From Macrostomum lignano (taxonomy: Eukaryota), in contig NIVC01001523.1 in the NCBI GenBank assembly GCA_002269645.1, forward strand, positions 1-64,000: 64,000 bases of DNA. The letters run 5' to 3'. The first letter of the stretch is position 1, and each line of letters begins with the position of its first letter. A program made the position numbers and the translations under genes. Positions 12,062-24,840 of this stretch are shown piece by piece. The notes beneath the pieces are model-generated. The model was given only the letters and a program-made list of their open reading frames with translations, had not been told where the DNA came from and made no database searches.

Positions 12062-15000
12062 ATGAACTACTTGAATCGGAACGGCTCGCCAATGCTGCAC
12101 TTCGACACCGAGGTGCCCTTGGATCAGGACACGCATAAGAAAATCGTGGCTGAGTATGAGAAGCAAAGCCAGACTCGATCGCGTGAGTGACTTACTATTT
12201 TCTCTGGGTAGAGACCATATAGTGATTAGAGTTGGAAATTTTGAAATTTGTATTGTGCATCGACTGATTTCATGAGTGATGGATATTTACAGGAAATGAC
12301 GAGGGATACAGGGATTGAATGATGAGAGATCCAGGAAGTGAATGAGAGATGCAGGGAGTGAATGAGAGATCCAGGAAGTGAATGAGAGATGCAGAGAGTG
12401 AATGAGAGATGCAGGGAGTGAATGAGAGATGCAGGGAGTGAATGAGAGATCCAGGAAGTGAATGAGAGATGCAGAGAGTGAATGAGAGATGCAGGGAGTT
12501 AATGAGAGATGCAGGGAGTGAATGAGAGATCCAGGAAGTGAATGAGAGATGCAGAGAGTGAATGAGAGATGCAGGGAGTGAATGAGAGATCCAGGGAGTA
12601 AATGAGAGATGCAGAGAGGGAAAGAGAGATGCAGTGAGTGAATGAGAGATGCAGAGAGTGAATGAGAGATGCAGGGAGTGAATGAGAGATGCAGGGAGTG
12701 AATGAGAGATCCAGGGAGTAAATGAGAGATGCAGGTGTATAATTTATGCATCCTTACTTTAGTAGTCATCCGGTCTCCTACTCATAATCGAATTTTAGCA
12801 TTTCAAATTGGCTCAGTTGAGCTTATCAGCCAAAGAATTGGCAAGCTCGACCGGAAGTTAAAAGAGTTCACACCGGACGATGTGTCTAAGGAGAGCCTCT
12901 TTGTGGATGACATTGATGTGCGAGCAAATATGAGCGTTGAAGACATTGTTACTGGTAAGTGCCAATGTTGGACTACAGACACTGTGCAATCTCTGGTGCT
13001 ACAAAGACACCTCATACTTTGGATCAATATCTGGTGCTACAAAGACCTCATTCTTTGGATCAATCTTTGGTGCTACAAAGACCCCTCATACTTTGGATCA
13101 ATATCTGGTGCTACAAAGACCCCTCATCCTTTGGATCAATATCTGGTGCTACAAAGACCTCATTCTTTGGATCAACATCTGGTGCTACAAAGAGCCCTCA
13201 TCCTTTGGATCAATCTTTAGTGCTACAAAGACCCCTCATCCTTTGTATCAATCTTTGGTGCTACAAAGACCCCAGCTCATACTTTGGATCAATATCTGGT
13301 GCTACAAAGACCCCTCATCCTTTGGATCAATCTTTGGTGCTACAAAGACCCCAGCTCATACTTTGGATCAATATCTGGTGCTACAAAGAGCCCTCATCCT
13401 TTGGATCAATCTTTAGTGCTACAAAGACCCCTCATCCTTTGGATCAATCTTTGGTGCTACAAAGACCCCAGCTCATACTTTGGATCAATATCTGGTGCTA
13501 CAAAGACCCCTCATCCTTTGGATCAATCTTTGGTGCTACAAAGACCCCAGCTCATACTTTGGATCAATATCTGGTGCTACAAAGAGCCCTCATCCTTTGG
13601 ATCAATCTTTGGTGCTACAAAGACCCCTCATCCTTTGGATCAATCTTTGGTGCTACAAAGACCTTAGGTCATACTTTGGATCAATCTCTGGTGCTACAAA
13701 GAACCATCGCTTTTTTGTGATCTCTAGTGCTACAAAGACCCTTAACTTTACTTTATGCTTTATAAATTTGGATTTAAGCCAACCAGAAAATTTACACAGA
13801 CTCCACTCCTCAGTTCAGTTTTGGTAAGCAATTTGCTTTCTTTTAGCTTAAGATAATTATTTAGTATTCTTAGATTTTATTATTAAGAAGTTTATTAAAT
13901 CCCTACCACTTGTTACTTGCCTACTAACAGTAGCTGAATTAGTGTTCGATGTGCGTAGCTATTTTCAGTGTTTTATGCTTAAGGGATGCGCCAATTTGTA
14001 TTTTATTATTATTTCTCATTAAAAAATTCAACAGACCAGCAGATGCTTGAGAAAACCAAATTTGCTGGTGTTTATTCCTTCGGAACCAGTGAGATCCTTG
14101 TTTGTTGGCTTGTTTTGTTTGTTTCCTACTCATCATAACGATTCAAACTCCTAAAAAAACGTTTGACCTTCAACTGTTTGACGAGTGCTTTCTAAACAAC
14201 TAGCTCAAGGTTTATTTCAGTTTTTCAATAAAGCAGATAAATTATAGTTAACATACTCGTATTCTCGTGTTGCCTACTCATAGTAGAGTGTTTGAAATGG
14301 AGTAACTTTTTAACAGGATAACTGCAAAAAAACTAGAAAACGTTAGCTATACGTATAGCAACATAAAATTCTTACCCAATTATTCCAGACTTCGGCCTGC
14401 CCAACTCTGAACGAGTGAAAAAGATTGAGAAGATCTCAATGCAAAAGAAGACATCGAATTTCTACTCGTCGCCAAAAGGCGCACAAAATGACAGGCCACA
14501 ATTTGTTGAGGTGCGAATTTTACTTTTTTATCTCCTACTATCTCTCATTTTATAATGCTCTTAATTATCTCTTCATAAGCGGGGTTGGGAGAGGCCGGAC
14601 CTGAAGGCGTCCGAACGTCGCGCAGAAGGTCGCGAGTTCGATCCCCTGTAGCGGCAAAATTAATATTCCGGAATTTTCTCAGATCAATAGCATCTGTTGT
14701 GTAACTCACGCCCGTTATTAGTCCTTGTTTCTTCCATCTTCTTGCAGCTGTGCCAGTTTCCCGGCTACAATCAGCGCGAGTTGACGCCGCTGCCGTGCGG
14801 AGTTCAACCGGTTGACATCCTGATTCGAGTCATGGCTGCTCAGCCTGGCAGATTCTCGGTGAGACTGGCTGACAGAGAGACTAGTGAGAGCTAGAGAGGG
14901 AGATTGTAGAGCCATGTAGGACCAGCGCTGCCATGTAGAACTTGTCGTTTAGTGCGCTACTGTTGGAGAACTTTTGCAAGGACGGCTTCTTCTGTGCTTG

Positions 15001-18000
15001 AGCTTAGTTGTCTATGACTGATTAGGTAGTTGTCTATGACTGATTAGGTAGTTGTCTATGACTGATTAGGTAGTTGTCTATGACTGATTAGGTAGTTGTC
15101 TATGACTGATTAGGTAGTTGTCTATGACTGATTAGGTAGTTGTCTATGACTGATTAGGTAGTTGTCTATGACTGATTAGGTAGTTGTCTATGACTGATTA
15201 GGTAGTTGTCTATGACTGATTAGGTAGTTGTCTATGACTGATTAGGTAGTTGTCTATGACTGATTAGGTAGTTGTCTATGACTGATTAGGTAGTTGTCTA
15301 TTACTGATTAGGTAGTTGTCTATTACTGATTAGGTAGTTGTCTATGACTGATTAGGTAGTTGTCTATGACTGATTAGGTAATTATCTATGACTCAAGACT
15401 CAAATCATGAGTTGTCTTAAGCCAAATACTGAAGCATGTTTCATTGGCCAGCATATACAGTATTGCTTCGTTTTTTCAGTTAGAGGCAGGGGGGTTGTGT
15501 GCACCCTGGCGCACTTTAAGCGACATTGTCACACAACCGGCGAGAGGCATTGCTGCCCATTTCGCCGACTCCCCTGAGCAGGCACACAAGCGCGCGTATA
15601 CGTACGCAGTCACACGCACAGGCACACACTCACACAGGAGTGTACAGCGGCCCTAACTTTATTTATCGTTAGGCATGTACACTTCACTGTGCTTTGAAGG
15701 CTTGGCCCTCAAGGCCGTTAAGCGGAGCCAAGCCGAGATTCCAATTTAGCCCCAAATTAATGTGACTGCACTTGGAATCGAGCCTGGGACCGCTGGCACG
15801 TCAGAACGCCGCGCCAGACCACTGGGCTACGGACCCAATCTATATTACTTGGTTAGGTATTATAAAATGCAGCTGGGAACTTATGACACTTTTGCTAACA
15901 GTGTCACTAATGCAAAAAAACTTCGCAGAGCCAGTACAAAGCTCAACTGGATCGCTGCTTTCTAAGCGAGGCGTCAAAAGCTGTCCTTCAAGACGCGTTT
16001 TGGCATCACTTTCTGGACCATTACGGTCAGGACTATGATAAGCCGGAGATGCCCAGGTTTTACAATCGCATCGCTCATAACTACTCGCAGATGCTGTTCA
16101 TGATCAAGGTGGAACATTTTCGCGATGCGTTTCTCAAGTTTGGATAAGCTTTTTCTGTGCCCTATGCTTTTTTGATGACACCTTTATCTAGCAGGTAGAC
16201 AACAAGTAGACTGTTAGACAACAGGTAGTCTAACAGGTAGACACACCCCTGTCTAACAGGTGGACACTCCTGTCTAACAGGTGGACACTCCTGTCTAACA
16301 GGTGGACACTCCTGTCTAACAGGTAGACAACCCCTGTCTAACAGGTGGACACTCCTGTCTAACAGGTGGACACTCCTGTCTAACAGGTGGACACTCCTGT
16401 TTAACCGATGGACACTCCTGTCTAACAGGTCCCCGTCCAGTCTAACAGCAGGTCCCAGTCCAGGATAGACACTCCTGTCTAACAGGTCCCAGTCCAGGAT
16501 AGACACTCCTGTCTAACAGGTCCCAGTCCAGGATAGACACTCCTGTCTAACAGGTCCCAGTCCAGGATAGACACTCCTGTCTAACAGGTCCCAGTCCAGG
16601 ATAGACACTCCTGTCTAACAGGTCCCAGTCCAGTCTAACGGGTCCCAGTCCAGTCTAACAGGTCCCAGTCGAGTCTAACATGTCCCAGTCCAGTCTAACA
16701 GGTCCCAGTCCAGTCTAACAGGTCCCAGTCCAGTCTAACAGGTCCCAGTCCAGTCTAACAGGTCCCAGTCCAGTCTAACAGGTCCCAGTCCAGTCTAACA
16801 GGTCCCCGTCCAGTCTAACAGCAGGTCCCAGTCCAGGATAGACACTCCTGTCTAACAGGTCCCAGTCCAGTCTAACGGGTCCCAGTCCAGTCTAACGGGT
16901 CCCAGTCCAGTCTAACAGGTCCCCGTATAGTCTAACAGCAGGTCCCAGTCCAGGATAGACACTCCTGTCTAACAGATCCCAGTCCAGTCTAACAGGTCCC
17001 AGTCCAGTCTAACGGGTCCCAGTCCAGTCTAACAGGTCCCAGTCCGTCTAACATGTCCCAGTCCAGTCTAACAGGTCCCACTTCAGTCTAACAGGTCCTG
17101 CTCCTGTCTAAATCCCTACCGCCATTGCAGAGCTACCCCAGTCTGCTCTCCCAGGCGGTGTACAGTGTCTACTGCAACGCATTTCCGCACAGCTATAGCA
17201 AATTCCAAGCCGAATTCAAAGAAGGCATCGTGTGCCTGGTACACCGATGGCTGACCGGTCTGCAACCCCGGTGCCGCCTGTGGCTGGACTGGAACAAGGA
17301 CGCTCTGGAGCCGAGCGTCATTCGCCATAGAGAGGAATTGCTCAAAGCCGAAAGCGAGAAAAAAGGTTAGATAAAGTTTAGAATGTTGATTTTTGTCTAC
17401 CGATATGTTGCGTAGTAAAGATTTAAGATAATTCAATTTAATAAGAATTTTGTATGTCTGTCTACTCCAACGGGGGTCATGAATATGTATTTTTCTCGGA
17501 GACAGTCAACTGACCTCCCTAAACCCCCTCCTCCCCTGCGAATCCGCCACATCAGTGTGACTGTGACCTAAGTTATTCATCTAAAATAAACCACAGATAC
17601 TAGAATAACTAGATGGGCCACTCAGCACATTTGCGTGTAAGCTACTGTCAGTTCAGTTAGCAAGTTAAGCAGAAGCATTTTATTGTTTTTTAAAGCCAAT
17701 GCTCATTTATTGGCTCTTACCCTCACAACTTAAACCCTCCAACCGCGCCTACCACACTACCCCCCGCCCCGCCCGCCCGAATTTTTATTGCCTTTCTCGG
17801 AATTCCAGCCTAAAGCTGCCATGTACATTTCAGTGGACTGGCCAATGTACATTATTGCTAAACCAATTAGCAAGCTGTTTACGCCTGCAAGCTTGGGCTT
17901 CTAAATTTATCAAAGTCATTTCAGCTGCCTTTATTTTTATAAAACAGCTTATGTATTCTTCTTTGCTACTGAACTGAAAGTAGAAAGCCGTTTTACTAAG

Positions 18001-20773
18001 TAAATGTGCCTGAGTGGCCCATCTAGTTATTTTATTAAAACCTAATAATGCAATCAACTAATGCAAAGTAAAGCGCTACTCAAACTCAAATCAAATCAAT
18101 CAGTCAGCAAGGCGATACTCAGGCAACGTAAAATTAAGCAACACTACAAAGGTAAGTTCGTAGCTCCCTTTGGTATCCGATTTGATAAGCATGCTACTCT
18201 ATCTTGTATTCGCACCTCTACACTCGAGTTAACAACCTGATATGTACATGAAAGTCACGAAATTGTTCATGGTATCAATTGACAGCTCGCATTGCAATAC
18301 AGCATTCATTTGTGAACACAAATTTGTTATTTAAGTTCAATTATTATACAACTGGCACTGGCGCGCACCGTTACCTGCATATTTCTTTTATAACTCGCAG
18401 TCATATAGAATAAAATGTTATACTGGTTGCCAGCTGCTGCAGAGCAGTTAGAAATAAAGCCCTTAGTTATTTTGTACCTCGTATTAGTATGTAAATAATT
18501 ACACAAATATGCAAATAATTTCATCCATCATGATGTTGGCTAGACTAGCAATCCATTCTATTCCTTCATCCTTCATGATGTTGGCTAGACTAGCAATCCA
18601 TTCTATTCCTTCATCCTTCATGTTATTGTCTAGATTAGCAATCCATTCTATTCCTTCATCCTTCATGATGTTGGCTAGACTAGCAATCCATTCTATTCCT
18701 TCATCCTTCATGATATTGTCTAGATTAGCAATCCATTCTGTTCCTTCATCCTTCATGATGTTGATTAGACTAGCAATCCATTCTATTCCTTCATCCTTCA
18801 TGATGTTGGCTAGACTAGCAATCCATTCTATTCCTTCATCCTTCATGATGTTGATTAGACTAGCAATCCATTCTATTCCTTCATCCTTCATGATGTTGGC
18901 TAGACTAGCAATCCATTCTATTCCTTCATCCTTCATGATGTTGGCTAGACTAGCAATCCATTCTATTCCTTCATCCATCATGATGTTGGCTAGACTAGCA
19001 ATCCATTCTATTCCTTCATCCATCATGATGTTGGCTAGACTAGCAATCCATTCTATTCCTTCATCCTTCATGATGTTGGCTAGACTAGCAATCCACCGCA
19101 CTCCCCCGCCGGCAGACACCTTCCAGCTGCTGGACAAGGCTCTTGTTCAGAGCGGCAGCTCAGCTCCAAACGACTCAGCCACGCAGATAGCAGGGGAAGC
19201 CACAACGTCTGCTGTCAGTCTTCAGCAGCAGCAAGGGCTGCTTCAGAGTCGCTCAAAGGCTACAAACTTGACCGCTCGATCGCTAGCTAAATCCGGTTCT
19301 TCGATGAAGTCTCCCAGTGCTGCCCGGCTGTCGACGGGCAAAAAGGTGGGTTAGGGCTTTGATGCCATCTATGCTTTGTATCCTATTGCTTAAGAATATA
19401 ATCTGTTACAGATAAAAAATGAATTACTATAAAAGTTATAGTCATCAGCTTCTTGGTGCAACTTTTTTAGCTAGTGAAACGTACTAAAAGTAGTGTAAAA
19501 TGCTAAATTGTAACTATTTTGGCCCCCAAAGGTAATGAAATGATAAAAATTGCTAAATATTAACTATTTTAGCTACTGAAGCCTACTAACAGTAGCATAA
19601 ACTGCTAAACTAAACTAAAACCCGAAAATGGCACTGCCAAATCTGTTTAGAATGCACATTTAACTGGGAAAAAATGATATACCCCTATCTTCTATGCGAA
19701 ACCCTCCAAGCAGGAGTCGCATCCCCTTGGCCCGGGCCCAACCGAACGGCATTTGGTATTCAACACAAACGGCCGGTCGCCAATGGTGCGCCAGTTTCTC
19801 TCCCGGCATCGTCTGCTGTCCGAGGCCGGCACCGATGCCCTAGTCGGCCGGCTTGAACTGCGCGACCTGCCAGCGATGGACGCGCCGACCTACGCTGAAT
19901 TTTTGGCCGCCGAGACCCAGAAACAGGCGGCCGAATCTGCGGCGTTCAGGGCGAAGCGACGGCGAGGCGAGGCGGCTCTGCTGGCCCAGTTAGTGTCGCT
20001 TGGTTTTGCGCTGCAATTCTCTACTGTTTTTGTGCCTGTTTCTTACTGTATTCTGCCTGTTTTTTACTGTATGCTGCCTGTTTCTTACTGTATTCTGCCT
20101 GTTTCTTACTGTATTCTGCCTGTTTTTTACTGTATGCTGCCTGTTTCTTACTGTATTCTGCCTGTTTCTTACTGTATTCTGCCTGTTTTTTACTGTATGC
20201 TGCCTGTTTCTTACTGTATTCTGCCTGTTTCTTACTGTATTCTGCCTGTTTTTTACTGTATGCTGCCTGTTTCTTACTGTATTCTGCCTGTTTCTTACTG
20301 TATTCTGCCTGTTTTTTACTGTATGCTGCCTGTTTCTTACTGTATTGTCTGTTTCTTACTGTATTCTGTCTGTTTTTTACTGTATGCTGCCTGTTTTTTA
20401 CTGTATTCTGTCTGTTTCTTACTGTATTCTGCCGGTTTTTTACCGTATTGTCTGTTTCTTACTGTATTCTGCCTGTTATTAGTGTACTGTAGACAGCAGA
20501 ATGGGCAGAATTTCCTCAGCCCTCCTGCGACAACTAATTATAAACTAATCTCCACCCATCTCCCCTCGCAGGCAGAAACGCCACATCGAACACTCGCGCT
20601 CCCTGGACCGCGCCCGCGACGCCCTCCTGGCTGACCGAGGCGAAGTCGGCCGACTGGCTGACCTCATCCTCCGAGAGAGCCAACGCCAACCAGACGACGA
20701 ACCAGTTGGCGCCGCCGCCGCTGTCGAAACGGCGCTCATCCAGCGAAGCCGACGCGCCGGCGCCGCCTCTTGA
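12062..20773 (+). CDS. FAM227A: FAM227A homolog (FWWh domain); exons 12062-12182, 12799-12954, 14389-14510, 14748-14858, 15929-16138, 17131-17365, (18104-18151), 19116-19345, 19714-19988, 20572-20773
   Basis: [48 protein letters not shown]...[22 protein letters not shown] and SHPLGPGP...[15 protein letters not shown] match FAM227 blocks as recalled. Exon phases are consistent except at the exon 5/6 junction (see findings). Confidence 0.85.
12315..12735. repeat. 20 bp minisatellite (gtgaatgagagatgcaggga)
   Basis: Tandem periodicity, intronic. Confidence 0.92.
12990..13740. repeat. 35-41 bp minisatellite (ctttggatcaatatctggtgctacaaagacccctcatc) with alternating variants
   Basis: Tandem periodicity, intronic. 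Confidence 0.92.
14575..14660 (+). pseudogene. Degenerate tRNA-like / SINE-head fragment in FAM227A intron 3
   Basis: gaaggtcgcgagttcgatccc is a variable-loop plus T-arm with B box. The acceptor stem and D arm are not convincing. Confidence 0.45.
15005..15390. repeat. 22 bp minisatellite (tagttgtctatgactgattagg)
   Basis: Near-perfect tandem, about 17 copies. Confidence 0.95.
15480..15836 (-). mobile_element. tRNA-derived SINE, copy 2 (same family as 310-665)
   Basis: Colinear similarity with 310-665 over its full length; A and B boxes on the minus strand. Confidence 0.85.
16190..17100. repeat. Composite 20-21 bp minisatellite with the core TCTAACAGGT (ctcctgtctaacaggtggaca / ccagtctaacaggtcccagt)
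   Basis: Tandem periodicity in FAM227A intron 5. Confidence 0.92.
18515..19095. repeat. 45 bp minisatellite (catccttcatgatgttggctagactagcaatccattctattcctt)
   Basis: About 13 near-identical copies, ending about 20 nt before a splice acceptor. Confidence 0.95.
20030..20475. repeat. 21 bp minisatellite (tttcttactgtattctgcctg) with a 63-bp trimeric higher-order repeat
   Basis: Tandem periodicity; the atgctg variant recurs every third unit. Confidence 0.92.
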
Positions 20774-21279
20774 GAGGCCGATAGAAACTTTATTTTTTAT
20801 ATGTAGAGTACAAGTTGCACTTTTCGAATTATTTACCTGTCGGGAATTTCAGACTATATGTACTGTAAATATTCTATCAGTAGTATGCTGAGTGAGATTG
20901 AGTTCACGAACTTCCGTTTGTATTGATTACAATTCAATACAAAATTGAACTTGATAGTTGGTACAGGAAAAAATGTACTTTTATAATATTTGATAACAGA
21001 GTTCTGGATGTACTTGTGAAAAAAACTTTTCACTGTATTGCCACATAGCAGAGAGCTTTGAAATTTTGTTCCTTCCGTCATGAAGACTTAGTGCCCTATT
21101 TTTATTTATCCGCCTATACTACTGCTGTGATATCGTAAAAGTTGCCGATGTAGAGCGCACCGTGTGATTTTTAAGAAATAAATTTCTTTTGTTTTTTTAT
21201 TTTTAGCGTGCGAAATTCTTATTGAATAGCAAATCGCATTAAAGTTTTATTTTTACTTTTTTTCAGTGCGTTTAATCCG

Positions 21280-22900
21280 CATGTTGATAATCTCATCCCT
21301 AAGAGCCATGCTAACGATATCTCATTCTTAAGAAACATGACAATGATAATCTCAACCCTCTAAACTATGCCAATGATAATCTCATCCCTGAGAACAATGG
21401 CAATGATAATCTCATCCATGAGAACCATGCCAATGATAATCTCATCCCTGAGAACAATGGCAATGATAATCTCATCCCTGAGAACCATGCCAATGATAAT
21501 CTCATCCCTGAGAACCATGCCAATGATAATCTCATCCATGAGAACCATGATAATCTCATCCCTGAGAACAATGCAAATGATAATCCCATCCATGAGAACC
21601 ATGCCAATGATAATCTCATCCATGAGAACAATGCCAATGATAATCTCATCCCTGAGAACAATGCAAATGATAATCTCATCCATGAGAACCATGCCAATGA
21701 TAATCTCATCCCTGAGAACAATGGCAATGATAATCTCATCCCTGAGAACAATGCAAATGATAATCTCATCCATGAGAACCATGCCAATGATAATCTCATC
21801 CCTGAGAACAATGGCAATGATAATCTCATCCATGAGAACAATGCCAATGATAATCTCATCCATGAGAACAATGCCAATGATAATCTCATCCCTGAGAACA
21901 ATGGCAATGATAATCTCATCCATGAGAACAATGGCAATAATAATCTCATCCATGAGAACAATGCCAATGATAATCTCATCCATGAGAACCATGCCAATGA
22001 TAATCTCATCCCTGAGAACAATGGCAATGATAATCTCATCCATGAGAACAATGCCAATGATAATCTCATCCATGAGAACAATGCAAATGATAATCTCATC
22101 CATGAAAACCATGCCAATGATAATCTCATCCCTGAGAACAATGGCAATGATAATCTCATCCATGAGAACCATGCCAATGATAATCTCATCCATGAGAACA
22201 ATGCCAATGATAATCTCATCCATGAGAACAATGCAAATGATAATCTCATCCATGAAAACCATGCCAATGATAATCTCATCCCTGAGAACAATGGCAATGA
22301 TAATCTCATCCATGAGAACAATGGCAATGATAATCTCATCCATGAGAACAATGGCAATGATAATCTCATCCATGAGAACAATGGCAATGATAATCTCATC
22401 CATGAGAACAATGCCAATGATAATCTCATCCATGAGAACCATGCCAATGATAATCTCATCCCTGAGAACAATGGCAATGATAATCTCATCCCTGAGAACT
22501 ATGCCAATGATAATCTCATCTATGAGAACCATGATAATCTCATCCCTGAGAACAATGGCAATGATAATCTCATCCATGAGAACCATGATAATCTCATCCC
22601 TGAGAACAATGGCAATGATAATCTCATCCATGAGAACCATGATAATCTCATCCCTGAGAACAATGCCAATGATAATCTCATCCATGAAAACCATGCCAAT
22701 GATAATCTCATCCCTGAGAACAATGGCAATGATAATCTTATCCATGAGAACAATGCCAATGATGATCTCATCTTTATTGAGAACTTCGGCAATGCGAAAT
22801 AAGAATCTCATCTCATAAGAATCTCAATCTCATCTAGGCAATGATAATGTCTTTATTGAGAACTTCGGCAATGAGAAATAAGAATCTCATCTCTCAGATC
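21280..22900. repeat. 30 bp minisatellite (gataatctcatccctgagaacaatggcaat)
   Basis: About 50 copies; source of the 483-aa ORFs on both strands. Confidence 0.95.
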
Positions 22901-23929
22901 TTCGGCAATGATAATATCTATTCTGTGAACTTTGGCATTGAGGAACTCGACTCTGAGAACCTCGACGAAGATAATCTATTGTAATAGTACTTTAGTACTG
23001 TAGGAAACTTGCGACAAAATTTTGCATTAACGAATTCGCGAACTGTTACGATATACATTTAGCTCGTAGTTAGCATGGCCACAGGGCCCTTCAACCTTGC
23101 TTGGCTAGGCTGTTAGTAAGGTAAACCAATTTTGGCAATAAAAATTTTCGCCAGCTACAACTGTTTCTATTAAAATATGATTTTTTCTTGTTCGTTTTTC
23201 GCCGAACTAAGTTGTGCTTTATCCTCTTGTCTTGGCTTGGCTCTGGAATTCGACGCAGAGAGAAGGAAGGGGGCAAAGCGAGTTGAATTGATTCTATTTT
23301 TAGACTGAACAGTGAAGGCCACGCTTGGGGGCTTGGGGGTTCAGCTGAGGACATTGTGCAGCGACTTGTAAAAGACTAAGGGGAGGGAGGGGGGGTTCTC
23401 TCTTCTCTGCCCCCTCTGACACCGCGCGCGCCCCGCCACCCCACCACCCCTCCCACTGCCGCCGCAAGTGTAATGGAGTTGGAAAAATTGAGGACGGTGG
23501 GGGAGAGGGTTGGGCCTGAAGCCCGCTCGCCAGTGTTATAGGGGTAACCCCATCCACCCCACCCCGGGTTACCTCATTTGACCCCGTATGCTCTCCCGCT
23601 CAGTTTTGAACCGAAGAGAGCCAATGAATGCGTGGCCGTGGCCTCACCTCGCTTGGTTCGCTTTTCCCCAGATATTTTCTATGCTATATAAACTTCTTTT
23701 AGTGTATTATACATATCCTACTAGAGATCTCCGATAAACTCAGAGGATTTTTAGAGGGCATAAAATCCTTCAACTAGACCTTATTACCCGGTGCTAGTCC
23801 TAAAAAACATGTAATTTCTGTTTAAATTGTGTTTTCTGTTTAACGCTTGGCTTCTATCGTTAAGATGTCAACATTAACAGTAAGTAAATTTGGAATATTT
23901 ATGAGAATGATATTCTAACAATAAATCCC

Positions 23930-24840
23930 CACTAAACCCACCCTGATACTCATCTAAACCCGCCCCTGATACTTCACTAAACCCGCCCCTGATACTCCAC
24001 TTAACCGCCCCTGATACTTCCCTAAAATCGCCCCTGATGCTCCACTAAACCCCCCCTCCTGATGCTCCACTAAACCCCCCCCTGATGCTCCACTAAACCC
24101 CCCTCCTGATGCTCCACTAAACCCCCCCCCCTGATGCTCCACTAACCCCCCCCCCTGATACTAATAAACCCGCCCCTGATACTTCCCTAAACCCGCCCCT
24201 GATGCTCCACTAAACCCCCCTCCTGATGCTCCACTAAACCCCCCCCCCCTGATGCTCCACTAACCCCCCCCCCCCTGATACTAATAAACCCGCCCCTGAT
24301 ACTTCCCTAAACCCGCCCCTGATACTCCACTAAACCCGCCCCTGATACTCCACTTAACCGCCCCTGATACTCCACTTAACCGCCCCTGATACTCCACTTA
24401 ACCGCCCCTGATACTCCACTTAACCGCCCCTGATACTCCACTTAACCGCCCCTGATACTCCACTTAACCGCCCCTCATACTCCACTTAACCGCCCCTGAT
24501 ACTCCACTTAACCGCCCCTGATACTCCACTTAACCGCCCCTGATACTCCACTTAACCGCCCCTGATACTCCACTTAACCGCCCCTGATACTCCACTTAAC
24601 CGCCCCTGATACTCCACTTAACCGCCCCTGATACTCCACTTAACCGCCCCTGATGCTCCACTTAACCGCCCCTCATACTCCACTTAACCGCCCCTGATAC
24701 TCCACTTAACCGCCCCTGATACTTCCCTAAAATCGCCCCTGATGCTCCACTAACCCCCCCCCCCTGATACTAATAAAACCCCGCCTCTGACACTCCACTA
24801 AACCCGCCTCTGATACTTTACTAAACCCGCCCCTGATACA
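23930..24840. repeat. C-rich 22 bp minisatellite (aaccgcccctgatactccactt)
   Basis: Tandem periodicity with variable C runs. Confidence 0.92.
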
